NCBI GenBank assembly: GCA_965223325.1
Contig: CBDCWI010000002.1
Location: 2,720,001-2,784,000, forward strand
Direction of reading: 5' to 3'
Source of the DNA: Candidatus Multivoradales bacterium
Lineage (GTDB): Bacteria; Acidobacteriota; Thermoanaerobaculia; Multivoradales; Multivoraceae
DNA length: 64,000 nucleotides
Below, piece by piece: positions 1 to 9,248 of this stretch. Numbering within the stretch: the first letter of the stretch is position 1; each line of letters begins with the position of its first letter. The position numbers and the translations under genes were made by a program. The notes below the pieces were generated by a model. It did no database searches and had not been told where the DNA came from. It was given only the letters and a program-made list of their open reading frames with translations.

Positions 1-1
1 G

Positions 2-439
2 AGGATCCTGCCCGATGCGAGATTCATCGATGCCGACCTGAACCAAGAAGTCCCAGCGATCGACGGCCAGCGCTTCGATCTGGTGATCTGTGCGGACGTC
101 ATCGAGCACCTGGGACGACCCGACGCCCTCCTCGCCTCGGTACGCAACAACCTGGCACCCGACGGCCTGGCCGTCATTTCGACGCCGAATCGAGACGTTC
201 GCCGGGGGCCCGGCAATCTACGACCGAACAACCGTGCCCACGTCCGTGAGTGGAACATGGTGGAGTTCAGGAGGCTGCTCGAAAGCGCCGGCCTCGCCGT
301 CCAGCGCCACGAAGCGACCCCGATCCGCCGCGTCTACGGCTGGCGCGACATCGCCCGTCGTCATCTCGGCCTCTTCAAGCGCCACCCGATGATCTCCGGC
401 GGTCAGGTCGCCGTGTGCGTGCACCAGGCCCGCGGCTGA
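2..439 (+). CDS. Class I SAM-dependent methyltransferase, 5'-truncated by the window edge
   Basis: Frame is open from position 2 (RILPDARFIDADLN...FDLVICADVIEHL...L.P.G...ISTPN...HVREW), typical of Methyltransf_11/23-type proteins. TGA stop at 437-439. Confidence 0.8.
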   Translation, partial: RILPDARFIDADLNQEVPAIDGQRFDLVICADVIEHLGRPDALLASVRNNLAPDGLAVISTPNRDVRRGPGNLRPNNRAHVREWNMVEFRRLLESAGLAVQRHEATPIRRVYGWRDIARRHLGLFKRHPMISGGQVAVCVHQARG

Positions 440-440
440 G

Positions 441-2182
441 ACACAACGGACCGCTTGCGCCGCAAATGTGATGACTAGTGATCCCCGTGGTAAACGACCC
501 ACCGGCATCCCGACGCCATCACTCTGTACACACCCTACCTTTCGAGGCCCGCCTGTGGAGGGCGTTAACCACGGGCTGCGGCGCAAGGGAAAAGCCCGTT
601 CGGGTCTGCTCTGCCTTCCCGGCGGCTCAGGCGGCCCAATCCCGATCGAAAAAAGTCGTTCCATCGAAGGCACGATCCGCGGCGCGCGACCGATCACCGC
701 AGTCCACGATCACGACTGCAGGGCGAGCGCCTTCGAAGACGGCACACACGACGGACCGCTTGCGCCGCAAATGTGATGACTAGTGATCCCCGTGGTAAAC
801 GACCCACCGGCATCGCGACGCCATCACTCTGTACACACCCTACCTTTCGAGGCCCGCCTGTGGAGGGCGTTAACCACGGGCTGCGGCGCAAGGGAAAAGC
901 CCGTTCGGGTCTGCTCTGCCTTCCCGGCGGCTCAGGCGGCCCAATCCCGATCGAAAAAAGTCGTTCCATCGAAGGCACGATCCGCGGCGCGCGACCGATC
1001 ACCGCAGTCCACGATCACGACTGCAGGGCGAGCGCCTTCGACAACGGACCGCTTGCGCCGCAAATGTGATGACTAGGGATCCCCGTGGTAAACGACCCAC
1101 CGGCATCGCGACGCCATCACTCTGCACACACAACGGACACACCGCAAATGTGATGACTAGGGATCCCCGTGGTAAACGACCCACCGGCATCGCGACGCCA
1201 TCACTCTGTACACACCCTACCTTTCGAGGCCCGCCTGTGGAGGGCGTTAACCACGGGCTGCGGCGCAAGGGAAAAGCCCGTTCGGGTCTGCTCTGCCTTC
1301 CCGGCGGCTCAGGCGGCCCAATCCCGATCGAAAAAAGTCGTTCCATCGAAGGCACGATCCGCGGCGCGCGACCGATCACCGCAGTCCACGATCACGACTG
1401 CAGGGCGAGCGCCTTCGAAGACGGCACACACAACGGACCGCTTGCGCCGCAAATGTGATGACTAGGGATCCCCGTGGTAAACGACCCACCGGCATCCCGA
1501 CGCCATCACTCTGTACACACCCTACCTTTCGAGGCCCGCCTGTGGAGGGCGTTCACCACGGGCTGCGGCGCAAGGGAAAAGCCCGTTCGGGTCTGCTCTG
1601 CCTTCCCGGCGGCTCAGGCGGCGCAATCCCGATCGAAAAAAGTCGTTCCATCGAAGGCACGATCCGCGGCGCGCGACCGATCACCGCAGTCCACGATCAC
1701 GACTGCAGGGCGAGCGCCTTCGAAGACGGCACACACGACGGACCGCTTGCGCCGCAAGTGTGATGACTAGTGATCCCCGTGGTAAACGACCCACCGGCAT
1801 CGCGACGCCATCACTCTGTACACACCCTACCTTTCGAGGCCCGCCTGTGGAGGGCGTTAACCACGGGCTGCGGCGCAAGGGAAAAGCCCGTTCGGGTCTG
1901 CTCTGCCTTCCCGGCGGCTCAGGCGGCGCAATCCCGATCGAAAAAAGTCGTTCCATCGAAGGCACGATCCGCGGCGCGCGACCGATCACCGCAGTCCACG
2001 ATCACGACTGCAGGGCGAGCGCCTTCGAAGACGGCACACACAACGGACCGCTTGCGCCGCAAGTGTGATGACTAGTGATCCCCGTGGTAAACGACCCACC
2101 GGCATCGCGACGCCATCACTCTGTACACACCCTACCTTTCGAGGCCCGCCCGTGGAGGGCGTTAACCACGGGGATCACTAGT
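441..2182. repeat. Tandem array of a ~305-bp composite inverted-repeat unit (five long units, one 84-bp unit, one terminal 112-bp element)
   Basis: The ACTAG(T/G)GATCCCCGTGGTAAACG anchor starts at 474, 779, 1072, 1156, 1461, 1766 and 2071 (periods 305, 293, 84, 305, 305, 305). Units are near-identical, with a few SNPs and no unique spacers. Confidence 0.97.
2071..2182. mobile_element. Complete MITE-like element (module A) with ~23-bp terminal inverted repeats ending in CTAG
   Basis: Left end actagtgatccccgtggtaaacg and right end cgttaaccacggggatcactagt are a 22/23 reverse-complement match. The right CTAG overlaps the TAG stop of the gene at 2178-2564. Confidence 0.75.
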
Positions 2183-2564
2183 TCGTGATGTCGGAGGTCA
2201 CGCTGCCACCGCGCGCCTTCATGTACACCTCGTACCACTTCTTCTGGGCATCGCTGCCGGCGTAGTCCTTGAGCGCCTGCTCACTGTCGAATTCCATGAC
2301 GAAGGCGGCGTCTTTGGTCTGCGACTTGATGCTGCGCAGCCACACTCGCGAAATGCCGTCGTACGACTCGGCCATGGTCTCAACGCCCTTGAGGGCGGCG
2401 GCGATGTCAGCCTCTGAAGCGTCAGGCGCCCAGTCGACAGTCACCACGTGGATGACGGAGGACGGCTTCTCGACACCTTCTCCACCAACGACGACACCGG
2501 CAGCGAAAATGGCGAGGGTTGCGATGCAAACGAAAACGGTCTTGGCGAGTTTCGACTGAACCAT
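2178..2564 (-). CDS. Secreted Dabb (stress-responsive A/B barrel) family protein
   Basis: N-terminal signal-like segment followed by VIHVVTVDW...GISRVW...AFVMEFDSEQALKDY. GGAG RBS upstream. Confidence 0.75.
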   Translation of the reverse strand: MVQSKLAKTVFVCIATLAIFAAGVVVGGEGVEKPSSVIHVVTVDWAPDASEADIAAALKGVETMAESYDGISRVWLRSIKSQTKDAAFVMEFDSEQALKDYAGSDAQKKWYEVYMKARGGSVTSDITN

Positions 2565-2731
2565 GATTCAGGTCTCCTTGTCTCAGGGGGATCTCGTATG
2601 AAGAATGGGTACTGCCCGGAACCAGAACCGGCTCCGGATTCGGCAGAGGGAGGAGCTTGGATTCTAGCTGCCCTGGAACGCTCCTGCTCGGCACCGCTCT
2701 GAAGCGCTCGGCGACCGCGACCGGGCGCGTC

Positions 2732-3493
2732 TCAAGCCGGTGCCCAGGCCGATCCGCCGTCGATCTTGAGAACCGCACCGGTGGTGTAGCTCGAGGCGTC
2801 ACTCGCCAGGTAGAGCGCCGCACCCACCACTTCGTGTGGCAGCCCTCCGCGCTGTAGCGGAATCGACTGCCTGGCGTTTTCCTCGAAGGCTTCCAGGTCC
2901 CAGGCCTTGCTGATGTCGGTCAGGAACGGGCCCGGCATGATGCAGTTCGAGCGCACTTTCGGGCCGAATGCGTGCGCCAGCGCCACTGTCAGGGTGTTGA
3001 GGCCCGACTTCGCCATCGCATACGGCACTTCGTTGGCACTGGGTTTGACAGCCGCAATGCTCGAGACATTGATGATCGAACCGCCCGTTCCTTCTGCCAT
3101 GCGCGTCGCGATGAGCGACGAGAGCCGGAAAGGCCCGCGCAGGTTCACCGCCATCACCTTGTCGTAGAGCTGCTCGCTGACCTGATCGAGCGCTTCGTAA
3201 AGCGGCGACATGCCGGCGTTGTTGACCAGGATGTCGACTTTGCCGAAACGTTCGTAGGCAACGTCGACCAAGCGGTCACAGTCCTGCCAGCTGCCAACGT
3301 GGCAGGCCGCACCAATGCACTCACTTCCCGAAAGCTCGGCGATTTCAGCTGCCGCCTTTTCGCAAGCCTCGAGCTTGCGGCTCGCCACGACAACCTGGGC
3401 ACCCGAGAGGGCGAAGGCGCGAGACATCTCGAAACCCAGACCACGACTGCCACCGGTTACGACGGCGACCTTCCCCGTCAGGTCGAAGTTCAT
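2732..3493 (-). CDS. SDR family oxidoreductase
   Basis: TGGSRGLG, NNAG and YAMAK motifs. Start taken at MNFDLTGK; the ORF extends to 3544. Confidence 0.9.
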   Translation of the reverse strand: MNFDLTGKVAVVTGGSRGLGFEMSRAFALSGAQVVVASRKLEACEKAAAEIAELSGSECIGAACHVGSWQDCDRLVDVAYERFGKVDILVNNAGMSPLYEALDQVSEQLYDKVMAVNLRGPFRLSSLIATRMAEGTGGSIINVSSIAAVKPSANEVPYAMAKSGLNTLTVALAHAFGPKVRSNCIMPGPFLTDISKAWDLEAFEENARQSIPLQRGGLPHEVVGAALYLASDASSYTTGAVLKIDGGSAWAPA

Positions 3494-3564
3494 ACCGGGT
3501 AGTTGGCTACCTCCCTCGTTCTCGGCCACCGCAACTCTCCTCACATCTCGCTAACGTTTCTCTA

Positions 3565-4713
3565 CTATGCCTCAATGGTGGGGTCGGCGAAGACGGGGTC
3601 GGCCTGGGCCATGGCGCGCGTCGCTGCCGGGTTGGCGGCGAGGCCGTCAAAGCGCTCGTGCGGCCGGCTCTGGCGATAGCTCTGCACGATCGGTGCGAGT
3701 TGCTCCGGGGTCGAACCGTGCAGGATCACCCCGTCGACACCGAGATCGAACTGCGCGCTGATCTTCTCGACGCACTCTTCTTTGCTGCCGTTGGCAGCCG
3801 GCGCCAGCCACGCTTCGGGAATCAGGGTGCTGATGTGCTCGAGCTGCTGGGTCGTCGCGCGAGCATCGATGGCACCCGAGAACCCGGCCACCATCTCGTC
3901 GGCGCGGAAGCGTTCTAGAACGCCGACATCCCAACCGTTCGTGCGTACCAACAGGTCTCCATAGGCCTGCAGGTAGGTCGCCATGCGCCCGACGGTCTTC
4001 TTGAGTCGCAGGGGTTCGGGCAGGTGATCGCCGACTGTTGCGAAACACGACCACACCCGCACATCGTCGGGATCACGACCCGCCTCCTCAGCGGCCCGCT
4101 TCACCGCGAGCACCGCACGCCGGGTGGTCTCATCGGTGAAAAAGGTGTGCAGGACGACCGCGTCAAAGACGCGACCGCCGAGGGCCAGCGAATTGGGGCC
4201 GAAGGCGGTGAAGGTCATGGGAATGTGTTCGTCGTACTCGACCCCGAGGCTCAAGTACGGGTACGCCCCGGCCGGACCATGGTGCGCCAGGACCGGTTCG
4301 CCACGCCACAGCCGGCGCATGATGCCGACGAAGTCTTCGATCTGCGCCGTGGTGATGCGCGATAGCCCGAAGGCGTCGAAGAGCTGCGGGATCCCACGCC
4401 CCAAGCCAAGCGAGAACCGGCCACCCGTCAAGGTATGCATGGTCATGGCGTAGGCCGCGGTCACCATCGGGTGGCGCGTATTGTGATTGGTCGCGGCCGT
4501 CGCGACGCCGAGAGTTTCGGAAACTGCGCCCACCGCTCCCGACACGGTGGCCGCTTCCTTGTGATTGAAACGTTCCGAGATGAAGACCGAACCCAGCCCG
4601 AGGTGTTCGGCTCGCTTGATCTCTGCGATCAGCTCACGGGGGCTCTCGGGGTGTCCCGCAAGTGTGTAAAAGGCAAGTTCATTGAGCTGGCGCTGCGCCA
4701 AAAGATCCTCCAA
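3565..4713 (-). CDS. LLM-class oxidoreductase, resembling the putative F420-dependent TIGR03857 family
   Basis: NELAFYTLAG...FISERFNHKEAA...ATAATNHNTRHP...GRFSLGLGRG...VILHGSTP. Start uncertain (TTG at 4713; ORF extends to 4767). Confidence 0.8.
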   Translation of the reverse strand: MEDLLAQRQLNELAFYTLAGHPESPRELIAEIKRAEHLGLGSVFISERFNHKEAATVSGAVGAVSETLGVATAATNHNTRHPMVTAAYAMTMHTLTGGRFSLGLGRGIPQLFDAFGLSRITTAQIEDFVGIMRRLWRGEPVLAHHGPAGAYPYLSLGVEYDEHIPMTFTAFGPNSLALGGRVFDAVVLHTFFTDETTRRAVLAVKRAAEEAGRDPDDVRVWSCFATVGDHLPEPLRLKKTVGRMATYLQAYGDLLVRTNGWDVGVLERFRADEMVAGFSGAIDARATTQQLEHISTLIPEAWLAPAANGSKEECVEKISAQFDLGVDGVILHGSTPEQLAPIVQSYRQSRPHERFDGLAANPAATRAMAQADPVFADPTIEA

Positions 4714-4798
4714 ACGAGAGTTTCGGCGGTGCCCACGACAGGATACAGCCCTCTGGAGCGAGCGCAAGTCGTCGTGGCTCGCGGCGGAACAATGAGTC

Positions 4799-6742
4799 TC
4801 AGCGCGGCAGCACGATCGGGAATCGGCGCTCGAAGTCCACTAGCACCGACCGGAGAGCCGCCAGCACGACCTGGTCGCCCTCGAGGAGGACCCGTCCGTC
4901 GACTGCCAGCTCGGCCGGATCGGCGAGGCCGAGCATCAGCCGCTTGAAGTCGAGCTCGCTGGCCCTGATCGCCAGGCCAGGAGCATCGCTCACCCGGCCG
5001 ATCCAGGCATGCAGGACGGAGTTCTCGAGCACCATCGAAACGTCGCGCTCGGGCTCTGTGAGATGGACGTTGATCACCAGGTGAAGCCCTTCGGCAGCCG
5101 GACCATCGACGCGCACCGCCAGCGCCTGGAAGAGGTGTTCGAGGGGCATGCCGCGCGCCATGCCTTCACTCGCTCGGTAGCTCGAGCCGCGGGGCGTTCC
5201 CTCACGGAGCTCCTTGGCTCCCGAAAGGTAGATGTTGCGCCACGGGCCGGACTCGGCCTGGTAGCCGAGCTGTTCGAGTGCGTCGGCACATAGCGCACGG
5301 GCCCTCTGGTGATGCGGCTCGCTCATCACCACGTGGTTGAGCACCTCCGCGACCCAACGGTAGTCGCCCGCGTCGAACGAAGCCTGGGCCTTGGCCACCA
5401 CCTCATCGGCCCCGCCCATGAACTCGACGTAGCGGGCACCCGCCTCCGAGGGCTCGAGCGGTGCGAGGTTGGCCGGATTGCCATCGAAGAAGCCGAGGTA
5501 CTTGACGTACACCGCCCGCGTGTTGTGATGCACGGTGCCGTAGTAGTCGCGGTTGTAGAACTCACGCCTAAGACTGTCGGGAAGACGCACCCGCTCCGCA
5601 ACCTCGTCAATGGTGTAACCCTGGTTGGCGAGTCGCAGGGTCTGGTCGTGGATGTACTTATAGAGGTCGCGCTGCTTCCGCATGTAGCCGAGCGCTTCGG
5701 AGCGGCCCCAGGTCGGCCAGTGGTGGCAACCAAACTGCACCTCGAGCCGGTCGCCAAAGCGATCGATTGCCTCGTCGATCTGCTGTGCCCAGGCCAGGGC
5801 GTCGCGCACCTGAGCGCCGCGCGGCGTGTAGACGTTGTGCAGGTGGTGTGACGTGATCTCCGCCATGCAGAGTGCCGCGAACTGCGGTAGCAGAAAGACC
5901 ATCTCGACCGGCGCCTCGGTACCGGGCGTCATCATGAACTCGAACTCGACGCCGTCGAGAGTGCGGGTCTCGCCAGTCTCGCCGATGAAGTCCGTCGGCA
6001 CGGCGAAACCGGTCGTGCCCATGGCCAGGGCGGCACCCAAACCGTTGCCCACGAACCCCTCAGGCGACGGCTCGAGAAGGTTGCCGAACATGTAGGTCGC
6101 ACGGCGGCCCATGACGTTGCCGGCCAGGACGTTCTCATGCAGCGCCTCCTCGACGTAACCCTCGGGGGCCAGCACGGCGACCTTGCCAGTCGCTATGTCG
6201 CCAGGCGACACCACTCCGTAGACTCCACCGAAGTGGTCGGCGTGGCTATGGGTGTGAACGACCGCCTTGACTTCGCGATGACCGAGGTGCTGGTTGGCGA
6301 GTTCGAGAGCCGCGCGGGAAGTCTCCGCACAGGTCAACGGGTCGATCAGCACCCACCCCGTGTCGCCGCGAATCAAGGTCATGTTGGCGAGGTCGTAGGA
6401 CCGCACCTGGTAGATGCCATCGACCACCTCGAACAGACCGTGATGGAGAGCGTTGAGCTGCGCCTGGCGCCAGAGGCTCGGATTGACCGTCTCGGTCGCC
6501 TCGCCCTCGAGGAAGGCGAGCTCTGTCAAGTCGAAGACCGGCTTCTTGTCCCTCTCCCGCACGATCCTGACCGGGTCCATGCTGGCCAGAAACCCGCGTG
6601 CCGCGTTCTCGAAACTCGTGCGGTCAGAAAAGTCGAGATCGCCTGTGTTGTCGGCAATCGCCTGCCGTGTTGCCGCAGTAGCAGGCTTGGCGCCCGAAAG
6701 CTCTGGCACCAACCCGCCGGGGCGGTTGTTTGTGTCCGTCAC
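4799..6742 (-). CDS. Alkyl sulfatase (SdsA1/BDS1 type; MBL fold, dimerisation domain and SCP2-like C-terminus)
   Basis: PSLWRQAQLN, THSHADHFGG, TPGTEAP, HHWPTWG, YIHDQTLRLAN and RDYYGTVHHN motifs. Confidence 0.92.
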   Translation of the reverse strand: MTDTNNRPGGLVPELSGAKPATAATRQAIADNTGDLDFSDRTSFENAARGFLASMDPVRIVRERDKKPVFDLTELAFLEGEATETVNPSLWRQAQLNALHHGLFEVVDGIYQVRSYDLANMTLIRGDTGWVLIDPLTCAETSRAALELANQHLGHREVKAVVHTHSHADHFGGVYGVVSPGDIATGKVAVLAPEGYVEEALHENVLAGNVMGRRATYMFGNLLEPSPEGFVGNGLGAALAMGTTGFAVPTDFIGETGETRTLDGVEFEFMMTPGTEAPVEMVFLLPQFAALCMAEITSHHLHNVYTPRGAQVRDALAWAQQIDEAIDRFGDRLEVQFGCHHWPTWGRSEALGYMRKQRDLYKYIHDQTLRLANQGYTIDEVAERVRLPDSLRREFYNRDYYGTVHHNTRAVYVKYLGFFDGNPANLAPLEPSEAGARYVEFMGGADEVVAKAQASFDAGDYRWVAEVLNHVVMSEPHHQRARALCADALEQLGYQAESGPWRNIYLSGAKELREGTPRGSSYRASEGMARGMPLEHLFQALAVRVDGPAAEGLHLVINVHLTEPERDVSMVLENSVLHAWIGRVSDAPGLAIRASELDFKRLMLGLADPAELAVDGRVLLEGDQVVLAALRSVLVDFERRFPIVLPR

Positions 6743-6852
6743 TCCTTAGCTCCTTCGTGCGATGTTGGAAGCCAGTACATCACGCACCCGCACCGCTTTC
6801 AGCGGCCCATGCGACGCCACCTGGAACAGGACAGCCGGAGGCCACCGGAACG

Positions 6853-7977
6853 CTACAGAACCAGCCCTGCTAAGTGTTTGCGATGGTGCTGCGCGTCACC
6901 GAACTGAAACTGCGACCACATGGCCCGACGCAAGAAGAGCTGCGCATCGCATGCGTAGGTGAAACCAAAGCCACCGTGAAACTGAATCGCACGGTCACCG
7001 GCAAAAACGAACGAATCGCTGGCTTCGGCCTTGGCCATACGCAAGGCGACCTCGGCGCGACTGGTTCCGAAGACGGTTGCCGCATGGTAGAGATGCGAGC
7101 GCGCCCGCTCGAGGCCAGTGAGGATGTCGACGGTCGGGTGCTTGAGCGCCTGGTAGCCGCCGATCAAACGCCCGAACTGCTGGCGTGACTTGAGGTACTC
7201 GAGCACCACGTCGAGGACGCCGGCGATCCCACCGCAGGCTTCGGCAGAGTAAAGGAGAAGCGCCGCGTCCCGAGCCGCCAGAAGCGCTCTCTCTGCCTCC
7301 TCGCCGACTACGAGGCGCCCTCTCGGAATCTCGAGACCGTCGAGATCCAGGCGGTAACAACAGCGGGTCTCGTCGATCACCGTTTCTCGCTGGCGACGGC
7401 TCTCACCGAGATCGGCCTTGGTAAAGAGAGCCAGTGCCGGCTCGCCCTCCGCCAGAACACTCGCTACCACATAGTCAGCCACCGCAAGGTCCTGCACCAG
7501 ACAGCGCGTACCGGCCAGCTCGACGGCGTCTCCTGAAACGGTCGCCTCCGCACCTTCCGGAGCAAGCAGGTTCCAGTCGCCGCCTGGGCCTACGAACGCA
7601 ACGGTTGCCGTGGCACCGCCCGCGATCTGGGCCAACCAACCTGCCGGCTCGTCGCTCGCCTCTACTTCCAGGAGAGCCTGGGCCGCGATCTGGGTAGGGA
7701 CGAAGGGAGAGGCCAGAAGAGCGCGCCCCATGCGTTCCACGATCGGCACCAGATCCGAAAGGCTGAAGCCATCGCCGCCGTAGTCTTCAGGAATCGCCAG
7801 GCCGCACCAGCCAGCATCTCGCATGTCCTGCCAGACCGCGAGGTCGTAGCCCGGCTCCGCCGCGAGATGCTCGCGCACGTTCTCGATTGGCCACTTGTCC
7901 TTCATGAAGCGGGCGGCGATATCGAGCAGCATGCTCTGTTCGTCGCTCCATGCGATCGCGGAAGACTCCTGACTCAT
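6853..7977 (-). CDS. Acyl-CoA dehydrogenase family protein (likely one subunit of a heteromeric ACAD)
   Basis: GWCGLAIPEDYGG, RQQFGRLIGGYQALKH and AIQFHGGFGFT motifs. Confidence 0.9.
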   Translation of the reverse strand: MSQESSAIAWSDEQSMLLDIAARFMKDKWPIENVREHLAAEPGYDLAVWQDMRDAGWCGLAIPEDYGGDGFSLSDLVPIVERMGRALLASPFVPTQIAAQALLEVEASDEPAGWLAQIAGGATATVAFVGPGGDWNLLAPEGAEATVSGDAVELAGTRCLVQDLAVADYVVASVLAEGEPALALFTKADLGESRRQRETVIDETRCCYRLDLDGLEIPRGRLVVGEEAERALLAARDAALLLYSAEACGGIAGVLDVVLEYLKSRQQFGRLIGGYQALKHPTVDILTGLERARSHLYHAATVFGTSRAEVALRMAKAEASDSFVFAGDRAIQFHGGFGFTYACDAQLFLRRAMWSQFQFGDAQHHRKHLAGLVL

Positions 7978-7997
7978 GCCTCAGATCCTTCCGATTC

Positions 7998-9206
7998 TCA
8001 TGACTTCGGCAGGCCGAGCACACGCTCGCCGACGATGTTGGCCTGCACCTGACTGGTGCCACCACCGATGGTGGCCGAGAAGGCATTGAAGTAGGAACGC
8101 GGCCAACGACCGTGGTCGATCGCCCAGGGGTCACCGACCCAGCGGACGCCATTGGCACCCTGGAGCGAAACCGCGAACTGAAAAAGCCGGCGACGGTGTT
8201 CGGTGGTGCGCAGCTTGCGCGACATCGCGATCGAGTGGGGCCGCTCGGCAATCAACCCCGGGTGTTGCTCGCGCGCTCCACAGAGACGGTCGCCCCGCGC
8301 CTCGATGAGAAACCGCACGAGCTGATCGCGCACCAAGGGGTCTTCGATCGCTGGCCGACCGTCACGCTCTACCCGGCGCGCGAGCTCGACGACGTCCTCG
8401 ACACCGATGTAGACCGAGCTCAAGCCACCGGCCTGCCCGCCACTTACGCCGCGCTCGAAGGTGAGCGTCGTCATCGCGATCTGCCACCCCTGGCCTTCTT
8501 CGCCCATCAAGCAGTCAGCCGGAATGCGCGCATTGTCGAAGAAGGTCTGCACGAAACCATACTCGCCGGTGAGCTTCCTGATCGGCTCGGTCGACACGCC
8601 GTCGGCGGTCATCGGAGCCAGGAAGTACGACAAGCCAGCGTAGCGATTGGGCGCATGAGGGTTGGTGCGTGCGAGAAGGATCATGTACTTGGCATAAGAC
8701 CCGAGACTCGTCCAGATCTTGCTGCCATTGATCACGTACTCATCGCCGTCACGCTCGGCGCGCGTTTGCACGCTCCCTAAGTCGGAGCCATGGTCGGGCT
8801 CTGAGAACCCCTGGCACCAGATGTCCTCAGCCGAGAGGATGCCGGGGATGTAGCGCTTCTTTTCTTCTTCGGTCCCGATATGCAGGATGAGCGGCCCGGC
8901 CCAGTTGAGACCAATCGTGTTGGGCACGAAGGGCGCGCCCCGACGGGCCATCTCAGCGTCGACGATGTCCTGGTAGACCTGCGGCTTCCCGCCACCACCG
9001 TACTCCGCCGGCCAGGCCATTCCGAGGTAGCCGGCTTCGTAGAGCTGCCGCTGCCAGTCGCGCAGGTACTCGAACTGCTGGTCGGTACCAACCTCCATGA
9101 AGGTCTCGGGAAGGAGAAAGTCGGGCTCGGGTGGCTGGTTGGCCTCGAGCCAGGCAACGACCTCGGTGCGGAAGTCTTCGAGGGCCCCGCGGTTTGGTTC
9201 ACTCAT
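7998..9206 (-). CDS. Acyl-CoA dehydrogenase family protein (partner subunit)
   Basis: WPAEYGGGG, WCQGFSEPDHGSDL, INGSKIWTS and TIGGGTSQVQANIVGERVLGLPK motifs. Confidence 0.92.
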   Translation of the reverse strand: MSEPNRGALEDFRTEVVAWLEANQPPEPDFLLPETFMEVGTDQQFEYLRDWQRQLYEAGYLGMAWPAEYGGGGKPQVYQDIVDAEMARRGAPFVPNTIGLNWAGPLILHIGTEEEKKRYIPGILSAEDIWCQGFSEPDHGSDLGSVQTRAERDGDEYVINGSKIWTSLGSYAKYMILLARTNPHAPNRYAGLSYFLAPMTADGVSTEPIRKLTGEYGFVQTFFDNARIPADCLMGEEGQGWQIAMTTLTFERGVSGGQAGGLSSVYIGVEDVVELARRVERDGRPAIEDPLVRDQLVRFLIEARGDRLCGAREQHPGLIAERPHSIAMSRKLRTTEHRRRLFQFAVSLQGANGVRWVGDPWAIDHGRWPRSYFNAFSATIGGGTSQVQANIVGERVLGLPKS

Positions 9207-9248
9207 GGCGCGATCGTCCCATGCAGCTCGCGCCGCCGCAAGCGGCCC

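Noticed and set aside
468-2075. Repeated ~100-aa ORFs in the array (MMTSDPRGK..., MIPVVND..., MIGRAPR...)
   Set aside because: They occur in several frames on both strands, have no RBS or recognisable domain, and follow simply from the GC-rich repeat.
441-2182. CRISPR array or integron cassette array
   Set aside because: The units are near-identical along their whole length, with no unique spacers or cassettes, and no cas or integrase gene is in the window.
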